This document shows, in pieces, positions 17,070 to 24,000 of a DNA stretch of 24,000 nt. Source of the DNA: Citrobacter amalonaticus (lineage in GTDB: Bacteria; Pseudomonadota; Gammaproteobacteria; Enterobacterales; Enterobacteriaceae); assembly GCF_001559075.2 (NCBI RefSeq), contig NZ_CP014015.2:4436546-4460545 (forward strand), read 5' to 3'. Numbering within the stretch: position 1 is the first letter of the stretch; the number at the start of each line of letters is the position of its first letter. Made by a program: the position numbers and the translations under genes. The notes under the pieces were generated by a model, which saw nothing but the letters and a program-made list of their open reading frames with translations, was not told the DNA's origin and made no database searches.

Positions 17070-17702
17070 ATGATTCTGCACCCTTCTCTCGCGTCGGCAG
17101 ATCCGCTGCACTATGGGGCGACATTGACCGCGCTGGCCGATGCCGATATCGGCTCACTGCATCTGGATATCGAAGACAGCAGCTTTATCAACAACATCAC
17201 TTTTGGCCTCAAAACCGTGCAGGCTGTCGCCCGACAGACGGCGCATCCTCTCTCGTTTCATTTCATGATTGCCCGCCCGCAGAGTTGGTTTCCTGTCCTG
17301 GCGGAGCTCAAACCGGCGTGGATTTTTGTTCATGCCGAAGCGCTGGCATACCCTTCTGAGACGCTGGCAGACATTCGCGAAATCGGCGCAAAGGCCGGGC
17401 TGGCGGTGAATCCGGCCACGCCAATTGACGGGTATCGCTATCTGGCCCCGCAACTGGATGCGCTAATGGTGATGACCAGCGAACCTGACGGATTCGGACA
17501 ACAGTTTATTCCCACCCTGTGCGCAAAAGTCCGTCAGGTACGCGAGTATTTTCCGCAAGCCGCGTGCTGGGCTGACGGCGGCATTACGCTTTCTGCGGCG
17601 CAACACCTGGCGACGGCCGGCGCACAACATCTTGTCGTGGGTCGCGCCCTGTTCTCATCAGAGAATTACCACGCCACGTTATCCCGGTTTGCGGGACTGT
17701 AA
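17070..17702 (+). CDS. sgcE: Ribulose-phosphate 3-epimerase-family protein SgcE
   Basis: Rpe-type metal motif SLHLDIEDSSFINNITFG and C-terminal ADGGI. Starting at ATG 17070 (MILHPSLAS…, GGAGG 5 nt upstream) gives 210 aa and matches the remembered E. coli SgcE N-terminus. The track starts one codon earlier, at 17067. Confidence 0.85.
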   Translation: MILHPSLASADPLHYGATLTALADADIGSLHLDIEDSSFINNITFGLKTVQAVARQTAHPLSFHFMIARPQSWFPVLAELKPAWIFVHAEALAYPSETLADIREIGAKAGLAVNPATPIDGYRYLAPQLDALMVMTSEPDGFGQQFIPTLCAKVRQVREYFPQAACWADGGITLSAAQHLATAGAQHLVVGRALFSSENYHATLSRFAGL

Positions 17703-17717
17703 GAGGAGATTGCTTCG

Positions 17718-18494
17718 ATGAGCCAACAGCGCCCTGATCGTATCAAACAGATGCTGCACTATCTGTGGCAACATCGTCATCTCTCCACCCAACAGGCCAT
17801 GGAACTGTTTGGTTATGCGGAGGCCACCGTCCGTCGTGATTTCCAGTATATCGCCAGCCAGTATCCTGGCATGATTCGCGGTCACGGCAGTCTGGATTTT
17901 GACGACAGCATGGATGACAAAGAGTATGTTTTCGACGTCAAACGGACGCTGCAGGCGGAGGCGAAAAAAGAGATTGCCGCCCTTGCCCGTACCATGATCA
18001 AAGACGGCGACTGTTTCTTTCTCGATTCCGGCTCCACCTGCCTTGAGCTGGCGAAATGTCTGGCCGATGCGCGGGTGAAAGTCATCTGTAACGACATCAA
18101 AATCGCCAATGAACTGGGCTGTTTTCCGCACGTCGAAAGCTACATCATCGGCGGGCTTATTCGTCCGGGTTACTTTTCAGTGGGTGAGAGCCTGGCGCTG
18201 GAGATGATCAATGCGTTTTCGGTGGAACGGGCCTTTATCTCCTGCGATGCGCTGTCGCTGACAACGGGGATCACCAACGCCACCATGTTTGAAGTCGGCG
18301 TGAAGACGCGGATTATTCAGCGTTCACGAGAAGTGATACTGATGGCCGATCACTCAAAGTTTGATGCAGTGGAACCCCATGCCGTCGCCACGCTCTCTTG
18401 TATTAAAACGATTATCAGCGACAGCGCGTTAGCGGATGACATTGTGCAGCGATACACCCACGCGGGATGCCAGCTGGTTTTGCCACATCGTTGA
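17718..18494 (+). CDS. sgcR: DeoR-family transcriptional regulator SgcR
   Basis: 258 aa. N-terminal DeoR HTH (LSTQQAMELFGYAEATVRRDF) followed by a C-terminal sugar-phosphate sensor domain. It is the last gene of the cluster, as in E. coli. Confidence 0.85.
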   Translation: MSQQRPDRIKQMLHYLWQHRHLSTQQAMELFGYAEATVRRDFQYIASQYPGMIRGHGSLDFDDSMDDKEYVFDVKRTLQAEAKKEIAALARTMIKDGDCFFLDSGSTCLELAKCLADARVKVICNDIKIANELGCFPHVESYIIGGLIRPGYFSVGESLALEMINAFSVERAFISCDALSLTTGITNATMFEVGVKTRIIQRSREVILMADHSKFDAVEPHAVATLSCIKTIISDSALADDIVQRYTHAGCQLVLPHR

Positions 18495-18509
18495 ATAACA
18501 GGCACAAAA

Positions 18510-18531
18510 AAGCCGCCTGGGCTGGCGGCTT
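18510..18531. terminator. Hairpin terminator between convergent sgcR and ydcH
   Basis: AAGCCGCC-tgggct-GGCGGCTT, a perfect 8-bp stem. On the minus strand it is followed by TTTTT (plus-strand A-run 18505-18509), so it is canonical for ydcH and weaker for sgcR. Confidence 0.6.
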
Positions 18532-18542
18532 AGAAACGCGGA

Positions 18543-18767
18543 TTATCCCGCGTCAACACTTTCTTTCTGCAGTATTTTGAGCATATCGTCCTTCAGCTGA
18601 AGTTTCTGTTTTTTCAGCCGAACGACGTCGAGATTGTATCCCCGACCATCGGAACCTTCCAGCCTGGCAATTTCATGATCAAGGTTGTTGTGCTTTTCGA
18701 AAAGCGACAAAAAGCGAGGATTCTCGGATTTCAGTCGGGAAATCAGATCTCTGTATTCTGGAAACAT
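18543..18767 (-). CDS. ydcH: YdcH (DUF465 small coiled-coil protein)
   Basis: 74 aa, the same length as E. coli YdcH. MFPEYRDLISRLK…HNNLDHEIARLE is typical of DUF465. GGGAGAG upstream. Confidence 0.85.
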   Translation of the reverse strand: MFPEYRDLISRLKSENPRFLSLFEKHNNLDHEIARLEGSDGRGYNLDVVRLKKQKLQLKDDMLKILQKESVDAG

Positions 18768-18899
18768 ACGCTCTCCCTGTTAGTGATAAACCATGTGTAT
18801 AAGAAATACACGCTTCCAGCTTACCTATTTGACTTAGGGAAAAATGCGAACAGGATCGTGTTTAATTCCTGAACAGATATTTCGCGTGCCTGGCTGTTG

Positions 18900-18924
18900 A
18901 CGCCCTTCGCATGACGAAGGGCGT
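18900..18924. other. Perfect 10-bp hairpin just downstream of the opgD stop
   Basis: ACGCCCTTCG-catga-CGAAGGGCGT. No U-tract on either strand, so it may be a transcript-stabilising or Rho-assisted structure rather than a classical terminator. Confidence 0.4.
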
Positions 18925-18933
18925 TGGCGCAGA

Positions 18934-20589
18934 TTAACGCATCACGCGATCGTCGACGTAGGTCCGTTTATCCGGTGCGGGCGGGAAATACTGATACAGC
19001 CAGGTTTCACTGATCGCTTCCCCCTGGCAGCGCAGGAACATACGCATATCCACCGGTTCGGTCGAGTCGGACGTGGGGTACCAGTCAAACTGGATGCGAT
19101 AGCCGTCAAACGGCTCAACGTAGAGGATCTCGATCTGCTTCGCTTCACCGCTGGACAACGTAATCACCGGCTCAATGCCTTTCGGCGCGGCTGCTTTCAG
19201 ATCGCCGCCGACGAAATCGACCGCAAAACGTCGCGCCCATTTCTCCGGATAGTGCTCGCCCGGCGCCCAGCCTTCCGGGAATCCTCCCATACCGGTGCGG
19301 GTGGCCATCACGCGCGCCAGTGGCGAACGGACTGGCGGCTGTGCGCTCCAGTACAGACGGTATTTGTATTCCAGCTCATCACCCGCTTCGATGGCTTTTT
19401 CCGGCTGCCAGAAGCAGACCACGTTATCCAGCGTTTCACCGGTCGTCGGGATCTCCATCAGCCCGATAGTGCCTTTGCCCCACTGATTACGCGGTTCAAC
19501 CCACAGGCTTGGGCGCTTGTTGTACCAGCCCATGATGTCCTGATAGTGGGTGAAATCGCGATCCAGTTGCAGCAGACCGAACCCTTTCGGGTTGTTATCG
19601 GTATAGGCGTTAAATTGCAGCTTCTGCGGGTTGTTCAGCGGGCGGCAAATCCACTCGCCGTTGCCCCGCCACATCGCCAGACGATCGGAGTCATGGATTT
19701 GCGGGTGAATGGTATCGCACATGCGGCGTTCATTATTGCCGCAACTGAACATACTGGTCATCGGCGCGATGCCCAGCTGTTTGATGTCTTTACGAGCATA
19801 CAGACGGTTTTCAACGTCCATGATCACCTGGCTCTTCTCGCAGTGAATCACGAACTTATAGGCACCGGTGATGCTCGGACTGTCCAGCAGCGCGTACACG
19901 GTAAAGGTGGTGGCGCCAGGTTTCACCGTATCGAACCAGAAGGCGGTGAAATCCGGAAACTCTTCCTTGGTGTCAGTGTAGGTGTCAATCGCCAGACCAC
20001 GTGCGGAAAGCCCGTACTGGTAGGTATCATCGACCGCGCGGAAATAGCTCGCGCCGAGGAAGGAAACCACGTCGCGACGTGCCAGTTCGGGCGCTTTAAA
20101 GACACGGAAACCGGCAAAACCGAGATCGGTTTGCCCTTCCAGTTGTTTGGTATCAACGCCGGCATCATTGTATTTAAACAGTTCCGGACGGAAGTGAATC
20201 TCACGCGCCAGATGGGTGCCGGAATCCACGGAGAACATGCGCACGCGACGACGGAAGCCCATCCCGACGTGGAAGAACTGCGCATCCAGCTGACGGTCTT
20301 CGACGTTGTTCCACAGCGATTGCGCGGCATCGTACTGAATGCTGTTGTAAGCCTGCGGCGTCAGATTCGCCAGCGTATTGGGCAACGCACGCGGCGCACC
20401 GCCCCACGGTTTCTGCGCGAGATCGTGCGCCATCGATTGCAGTACGGAAAAATCAAAGCGGACGGTTTGTCCGTCCGCAATGTCGGATTCCGCCGCATAA
20501 GCTGCACGGGTGAAAAGTGAAGCAATACCGCTGGTACCGCACACGGCGGCCATTGCCATTGAACCTTTAATAAATCGTCTGCGATTCAT
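18934..20589 (-). CDS. opgD: Periplasmic glucans (OPG) biosynthesis protein D, Tat-exported
   Basis: Starting at ATG 20589 gives 551 aa beginning [26 protein letters not shown], with a twin-arginine signal. This matches E. coli OpgD/MdoD in length. The track entry carries a 32-codon in-frame upstream extension that I do not accept. Confidence 0.9.
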   Translation of the reverse strand: MNRRRFIKGSMAMAAVCGTSGIASLFTRAAYAAESDIADGQTVRFDFSVLQSMAHDLAQKPWGGAPRALPNTLANLTPQAYNSIQYDAAQSLWNNVEDRQLDAQFFHVGMGFRRRVRMFSVDSGTHLAREIHFRPELFKYNDAGVDTKQLEGQTDLGFAGFRVFKAPELARRDVVSFLGASYFRAVDDTYQYGLSARGLAIDTYTDTKEEFPDFTAFWFDTVKPGATTFTVYALLDSPSITGAYKFVIHCEKSQVIMDVENRLYARKDIKQLGIAPMTSMFSCGNNERRMCDTIHPQIHDSDRLAMWRGNGEWICRPLNNPQKLQFNAYTDNNPKGFGLLQLDRDFTHYQDIMGWYNKRPSLWVEPRNQWGKGTIGLMEIPTTGETLDNVVCFWQPEKAIEAGDELEYKYRLYWSAQPPVRSPLARVMATRTGMGGFPEGWAPGEHYPEKWARRFAVDFVGGDLKAAAPKGIEPVITLSSGEAKQIEILYVEPFDGYRIQFDWYPTSDSTEPVDMRMFLRCQGEAISETWLYQYFPPAPDKRTYVDDRVMR

Positions 20590-20809
20590 ACCTGAAAGTA
20601 AATCCTTCTGGTCATGTGAAGGGTCCCGCGCTGGCGCTCGACAGCGGCAAGAAGATGCATAATTCTGACCGCTCACTCTAGACAAAATTCATTAAGAATC
20701 CAATTGTTGGCCGCTGATTATCGCCACAAAACGGAAAATATTTACTGTCGATGAGAACAGACTGATTCCCACGTAAATTTTCCCGCACAAACTTTCAGCT
20801 TTTGCAAAG

Positions 20810-22324
20810 CTAGTCGAGACTGACGTGCTGGGTCATCACCCGTTTAAAGAGCGAAAGCCGCGCCCGCATAAACCGGTTCTCGACCTTAAAACCGGCAAAC
20901 TTTTTCAGCCCAATACGTAACACCCGATCGCGGCCCTGAATACAGGCAGGCCAGCGGACCGGGCCATGCAGAACATCGCAGGTCCGACTGGCATGACGGG
21001 CAAAATTGACCCAGTAATCCGCAACGTGGACAGCGAAGGCGAGATCGTTTTCGTTCACATAATTTCGCGAAGGTTCAGCGAGCGTTAAGGTATTAAACAC
21101 GTAAGGCACTTCGTTGCCATGCCAGGCGCCGTTGGCATAGGTGTGATGCTCCGATTCCGCAACGTAATCGAACCAATAACGCCAGCACGGCTCGCCGACC
21201 CGCTGTTGCGCCTGCATCACCACATAGCCTAATGCCGTAAACGCCATATCCCGACACACCTGTCGCCCCAGTTCTTCATCGCCCTTCACGCCCGGATACA
21301 GCAGCTTAATCAGGCCGAGTCCCAGCCTGCGTTCACGACGCAGTTTCTGAATTTGTCCGGCAAGATCGACGCCGAAGACGGCCATCACGCTGGCTTCATC
21401 GCTGTTAGAGCCAATCATGACGGGCATCGGGTGCTGTCTGGCGGCGAAAAAGACATCCAGCATCGGCTCCGGCAGAACCGCATCGCCGGAGATAGGTGTT
21501 GGCGCAATTTTGTACGGTGCGCCCAACGGCCAGAAAGCGTCGGCCGGAATCGCGCGTAGCTGCGCCGCCGTCGCATTCTGCAAACCGAAGTGTTCAGCCA
21601 GCGCAACGCCGTTTTCCAGCGCTATTTCACAAGGCGTGTCTGGCAAGGTGTAGCCGCTCTGGACAATCGCTTTATGAAACAACCCTTTTCCTCGCGGCGA
21701 AGCTAACAGCGAGAGCACGCTACGCGCCCCGGCCGATTCACCAAACAGCGTAACGTTCTGCGGATCGCCGCCGAACGCGGCGATGTTTTCCTGTACCCAG
21801 CGCAGCGCGGCAATCTGGTCGAGGAGCGCAAAGTTATTGAGAGCCTCACCCTCTTCACCTTCCAGCGCCGGATGGGCAAAAAAGCCAAGATGACCGAGGC
21901 GATAGTTGACGGTAACGACAACCACGTTACGCTTCGCCAGCGCAACGCCGTCGTAAGGCGGCAGATTGCCGGCACCAATGGTGTAGCCGCCACCGTGCAG
22001 CCAGACCATCACCGGAAGCGGCTGATGGCGCTCCGCCGGAGACCAGACGTTGAGATAGAGACAATCTTCAGAAAATGCGCCGGGATCGCCGCCGCCCAAC
22101 TCTTTGCAGTACTCAATATCCTGCCAGCTGGCGCTGGAGAAGGTATTCGCGTCACGAATCCCGGACCAGGGAATGACCGGCTGCGGCGCTCGCCAGCGCC
22201 GTTCCCCCGTCGGTGGCGCGGCGTAAGGAATACCGCGCCAGAGATGGATGTCATCCTGTACGACACCCATCAACTGGCCCTGTACCGTTTCAATCAGTGG
22301 AATACTGGGATTGACCATGTCCAT
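20810..22324 (-). CDS. Type-B carboxylesterase/lipase family protein (para-nitrobenzyl-esterase-like)
   Basis: 504 aa. Nucleophile elbow GESAGA (…LFGESAGARSV…) and oxyanion-hole WLHGGGY. No signal peptide is evident. The start could be M1 (22324) or M3 (22318). Confidence 0.85.
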   Translation of the reverse strand: MDMVNPSIPLIETVQGQLMGVVQDDIHLWRGIPYAAPPTGERRWRAPQPVIPWSGIRDANTFSSASWQDIEYCKELGGGDPGAFSEDCLYLNVWSPAERHQPLPVMVWLHGGGYTIGAGNLPPYDGVALAKRNVVVVTVNYRLGHLGFFAHPALEGEEGEALNNFALLDQIAALRWVQENIAAFGGDPQNVTLFGESAGARSVLSLLASPRGKGLFHKAIVQSGYTLPDTPCEIALENGVALAEHFGLQNATAAQLRAIPADAFWPLGAPYKIAPTPISGDAVLPEPMLDVFFAARQHPMPVMIGSNSDEASVMAVFGVDLAGQIQKLRRERRLGLGLIKLLYPGVKGDEELGRQVCRDMAFTALGYVVMQAQQRVGEPCWRYWFDYVAESEHHTYANGAWHGNEVPYVFNTLTLAEPSRNYVNENDLAFAVHVADYWVNFARHASRTCDVLHGPVRWPACIQGRDRVLRIGLKKFAGFKVENRFMRARLSLFKRVMTQHVSLD

Positions 22325-22363
22325 ATTTACCCGTTAATCGCAGATCCCTACAGGATACCTGGA

Positions 22364-23707
22364 TTAAAGCAGGCCGCAACGTCGTTTGCTGCGTTCTTCC
22401 GCTTCCTGATACAACACAAACTCGTCAAACACCGGACACCCCAGCGCCTGTTCAAAGGCCTCGCGGCTGGCGTTGCCATGACTGCGCGCCTGCGTTTCGT
22501 TACCCAGATTCGACTGGAAAATCCCCGCCGCGCTGACCGGCAGGAAATCTTCATAGGTGATGGGCTGCGCCTGCACCCAGCCACGTTCAATGTGCGGTTG
22601 CGGATCGTCACCAGGATGAATCGCCTTGCGGTGCGCTTCGCCTGACGGAGTCAGACGATAGCGGAACCAGGCCAGCCCCTGCTGGCGCAGCAGGAATTCG
22701 CTGTCCGGAAACGCGTTAAACACCTCCTGCAAATGCAGTTGGTGCGTCAGGTTGTCTTTCCCGGTACCGGCGTTGCGCAGTAATTCATCGTACCGTTGAC
22801 GCCCTTTTATCGTCAGCGCCACGCCGCGTTGTTCGATCTCGCCGAAGCGGGCCGTGTGTGTCCCCTGCATTTCGCCAGCAAACAGCACCGGTTCTTCCAG
22901 CGCTTTGAAACTGGTCTGGCGCAGCAGAATCGGCACCTCACGGCGCGGCGGGCCTTCGATAAGGACTTTCGGTTCAATGCCGCATTCCGGCATCATCGAC
23001 TGCACCCGGTCGATATCCAGCGTTCTGGGCGTCAGATGATTAATGTGACAGCCCGGGAAACAGACCACATCGGCGATCAGGCGATGTTCGTTATGCAGCG
23101 CATGATAGGTTTGTTCATCCACGGTGGCGTGGCGATGCCAGCGGAAAGTTTCCAGCGCTTCTTTCACGAACTCGCGAGCCTGCGTCGCGTTAAACCCCTG
23201 CTGACTCTCCCAGATGTCGAGCAGTTCGCGACAGCGTGGCGTAAAGATATCGCGCTGAGCGAGGATCTCCGCCGCACGCTGACGGAGCGACGCGTTTTCA
23301 ATCAGTTCAAGACGCAGTAAGGAGGTAAAGACGCGAAACGGATTTCGCGACAGCGAGGCGTCGTCAATAGGGCGAAATGCCGTTGAGTGTACCGGCACCC
23401 CGGCCTGAGAGAGATCGTAATAGCTGACCGGAAACATCCCCATGATCGCAAACATGCGTCGCAGCGTGGACAGTTCGTCTGCCGTTCCGACACGAATTGC
23501 GCCATGACGTTCCACGTTGAGGCGCGCCAGTTCATCCGCATTGGCCAGTTTTTCATGCAGCGTGGGGTTATTTTCGAGAATCGCCAGATTCACGTCAGCC
23601 ACAAGTTCCAGTAGCGTGCCGTATTGCGGAACTTCCTGCTGGTACATTGCTGACATTGCCTGCGAAAAATGTTCCCGAATCTCATCTGCCGTGATGGTGT
23701 TCGCCAT
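22364..23707 (-). CDS. ydcJ: YdcJ, DUF1338 metalloenzyme (HglS-type 2-oxoadipate dioxygenase/decarboxylase family)
   Basis: Starting at ATG 23707 (MANTITADEIREHF…) gives 447 aa, the length of E. coli YdcJ. The track's 17-codon extension has no support. Synteny with opgD. Confidence 0.85.
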   Translation of the reverse strand: MANTITADEIREHFSQAMSAMYQQEVPQYGTLLELVADVNLAILENNPTLHEKLANADELARLNVERHGAIRVGTADELSTLRRMFAIMGMFPVSYYDLSQAGVPVHSTAFRPIDDASLSRNPFRVFTSLLRLELIENASLRQRAAEILAQRDIFTPRCRELLDIWESQQGFNATQAREFVKEALETFRWHRHATVDEQTYHALHNEHRLIADVVCFPGCHINHLTPRTLDIDRVQSMMPECGIEPKVLIEGPPRREVPILLRQTSFKALEEPVLFAGEMQGTHTARFGEIEQRGVALTIKGRQRYDELLRNAGTGKDNLTHQLHLQEVFNAFPDSEFLLRQQGLAWFRYRLTPSGEAHRKAIHPGDDPQPHIERGWVQAQPITYEDFLPVSAAGIFQSNLGNETQARSHGNASREAFEQALGCPVFDEFVLYQEAEERSKRRCGLL

Positions 23708-23944
23708 AATGTCATGCCTCCAGTGAATGTTACCTGGAGTGTAGGAAACGCCATTCACTCTGGGGGGAAGAATTTACAAAGTGTGATCTCACCTGAATTC
23801 GCTCTGCATCAGTCCCTGCGCCATTGTATAGCCTCTGGTTATGAAACAAGCGATATAAATTCACTTTTAATTAACAGTACATTTACACACACTGCGTCAG
23901 GTCATCATAAAACAATAACTCTCTTCCCTGTACCGGAGCCCGCT

Positions 23945-24000
23945 ATGCGTGAAAAAATGTCCTCTCGCGAGGTGATCCATCGCGACTATAACAGCCATCC
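23945..24000 (+). CDS. 5' end of an unidentified gene (MREKMSSREVIHRDYNSH…), truncated by the window edge
   Basis: ATG at 23945 is preceded by GGAG (23935-23938) with a 6-nt spacer. The frame stays open to the window end. Only 18 codons are visible. It does not resemble YdcI, the K-12 neighbour of ydcJ. Confidence 0.3.
   Translation, partial: MREKMSSREVIHRDYNSH

Noticed and set aside
19252-20520. 422-aa ORF on the plus strand, antisense to opgD
   Set aside because: This is a shadow ORF opposite a well-supported gene. The product is Arg/Gly/His-rich and low-complexity with no recognisable motif. There is no RBS at its start. Long stop-free antisense frames are expected in GC-rich, codon-biased genes.
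20590-20685. 32-codon in-frame N-terminal extension of opgD in the ORF track ([32 protein letters not shown]…)
   Set aside because: The extension begins at a non-ATG codon and would bury the twin-arginine signal (MNRRRFIKG…), which must be N-terminal for Tat export. The ATG at 20589 gives the 551-aa length expected for OpgD. Similar track over-extensions were trimmed for rlhA (4908-4934), sutR (5523-5552), sgcX (12938-12967) and ydcJ (23708-23758).
21872-22645. 257-aa plus-strand ORF spanning the esterase 5' half and the ydcJ 3' end
   Set aside because: It lies antisense to two confidently called genes and crosses their intergenic gap. Its composition is Arg-rich and low-complexity, with no RBS. 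The same reasoning applies to the other antisense or out-of-frame track entries, for example 15015..15758(-), 13120..13677(-), 3117..3704(+), 4362..4835(+), 2276..2698(-), 10741..11181(+) and 17679..18131(-).
23793-23807. 15-nt identity (CTGAATTCGCTCTGC) with 80..94 at the hicA start. On the minus strand it reads ATG-CAG-AGC-GAA-TTC-AGG-TGA (MQSEFR*), mimicking the HicA N-terminus MKQSEFRR
   Set aside because: The similarity stops abruptly on both sides and the frame ends after 6 codons. For a 24-kb window, the expected number of chance 15-mer repeats is roughly 0.3-0.5 (about N^2/2 pairs divided by 4^15, then doubled for both strands). So it is not significant. A decayed hicA-like remnant cannot be excluded, but nothing supports it.
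1-24000. Window-wide scan for CRISPR arrays, tRNA/rRNA genes, IS elements or transposases, integrases, phage modules, long direct or tandem repeats, and known defence-gene signatures
   Set aside because: By-eye reading of the ORF products and all intergenic regions found none of these. Every ORF longer than 150 aa that is not a shadow frame is accounted for by a housekeeping or accessory metabolic, transport or regulatory gene. A computational repeat or k-mer scan and HMM searches (for example with defence-system profiles) would be needed to confirm this negative result.

Overview
This is an enterobacterial chromosomal segment. Gene content and order match, in reverse orientation, the E. coli K-12 neighbourhood hicA / ydcP(rlhA) / ydcN(sutR) / ydcO ... 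ydcL / tehB / tehA / ydcK / rimL / ydcH / opgD / ydcJ as I remember it. The divergence from K-12 and the extra gene blocks look Salmonella- or Citrobacter-like. I support 24 complete and 2 edge-truncated protein-coding genes. Coding density is high, with several overlapping stop/start junctions and a few hairpin terminators.

Four blocks are additional relative to the K-12 order:
- (i) a three-gene short-Q-loop (CIO-type) cytochrome bd oxidase operon. Its third gene is a 42-codon membrane peptide hidden inside a longer ORF-track entry.
- (ii) a divergent AraC-family regulator / EamA (DMT) transporter pair.
- (iii) a seven-gene sgcXBCQAER-like orphan PTS sugar cluster between rimL and ydcH.
- (iv) a type-B carboxylesterase between ydcJ and opgD.

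I see no rRNA, tRNA, CRISPR array, IS element, integrase, phage gene or recognisable defence gene. I cannot honestly point to a wholly novel system. The best leads are:
- the function-unknown sgc-like cluster, and a 118-bp intra-operon spacer carrying a good Rho-independent terminator that faces the wrong way
- the twin perfect palindromes in the sutR/ydcO divergent region
- the hidden small protein of the bd oxidase operon
- the ydcJ (DUF1338/HglS-like) plus esterase tandem

All homology statements come from reading motifs and from remembered sequences. No searches were run.
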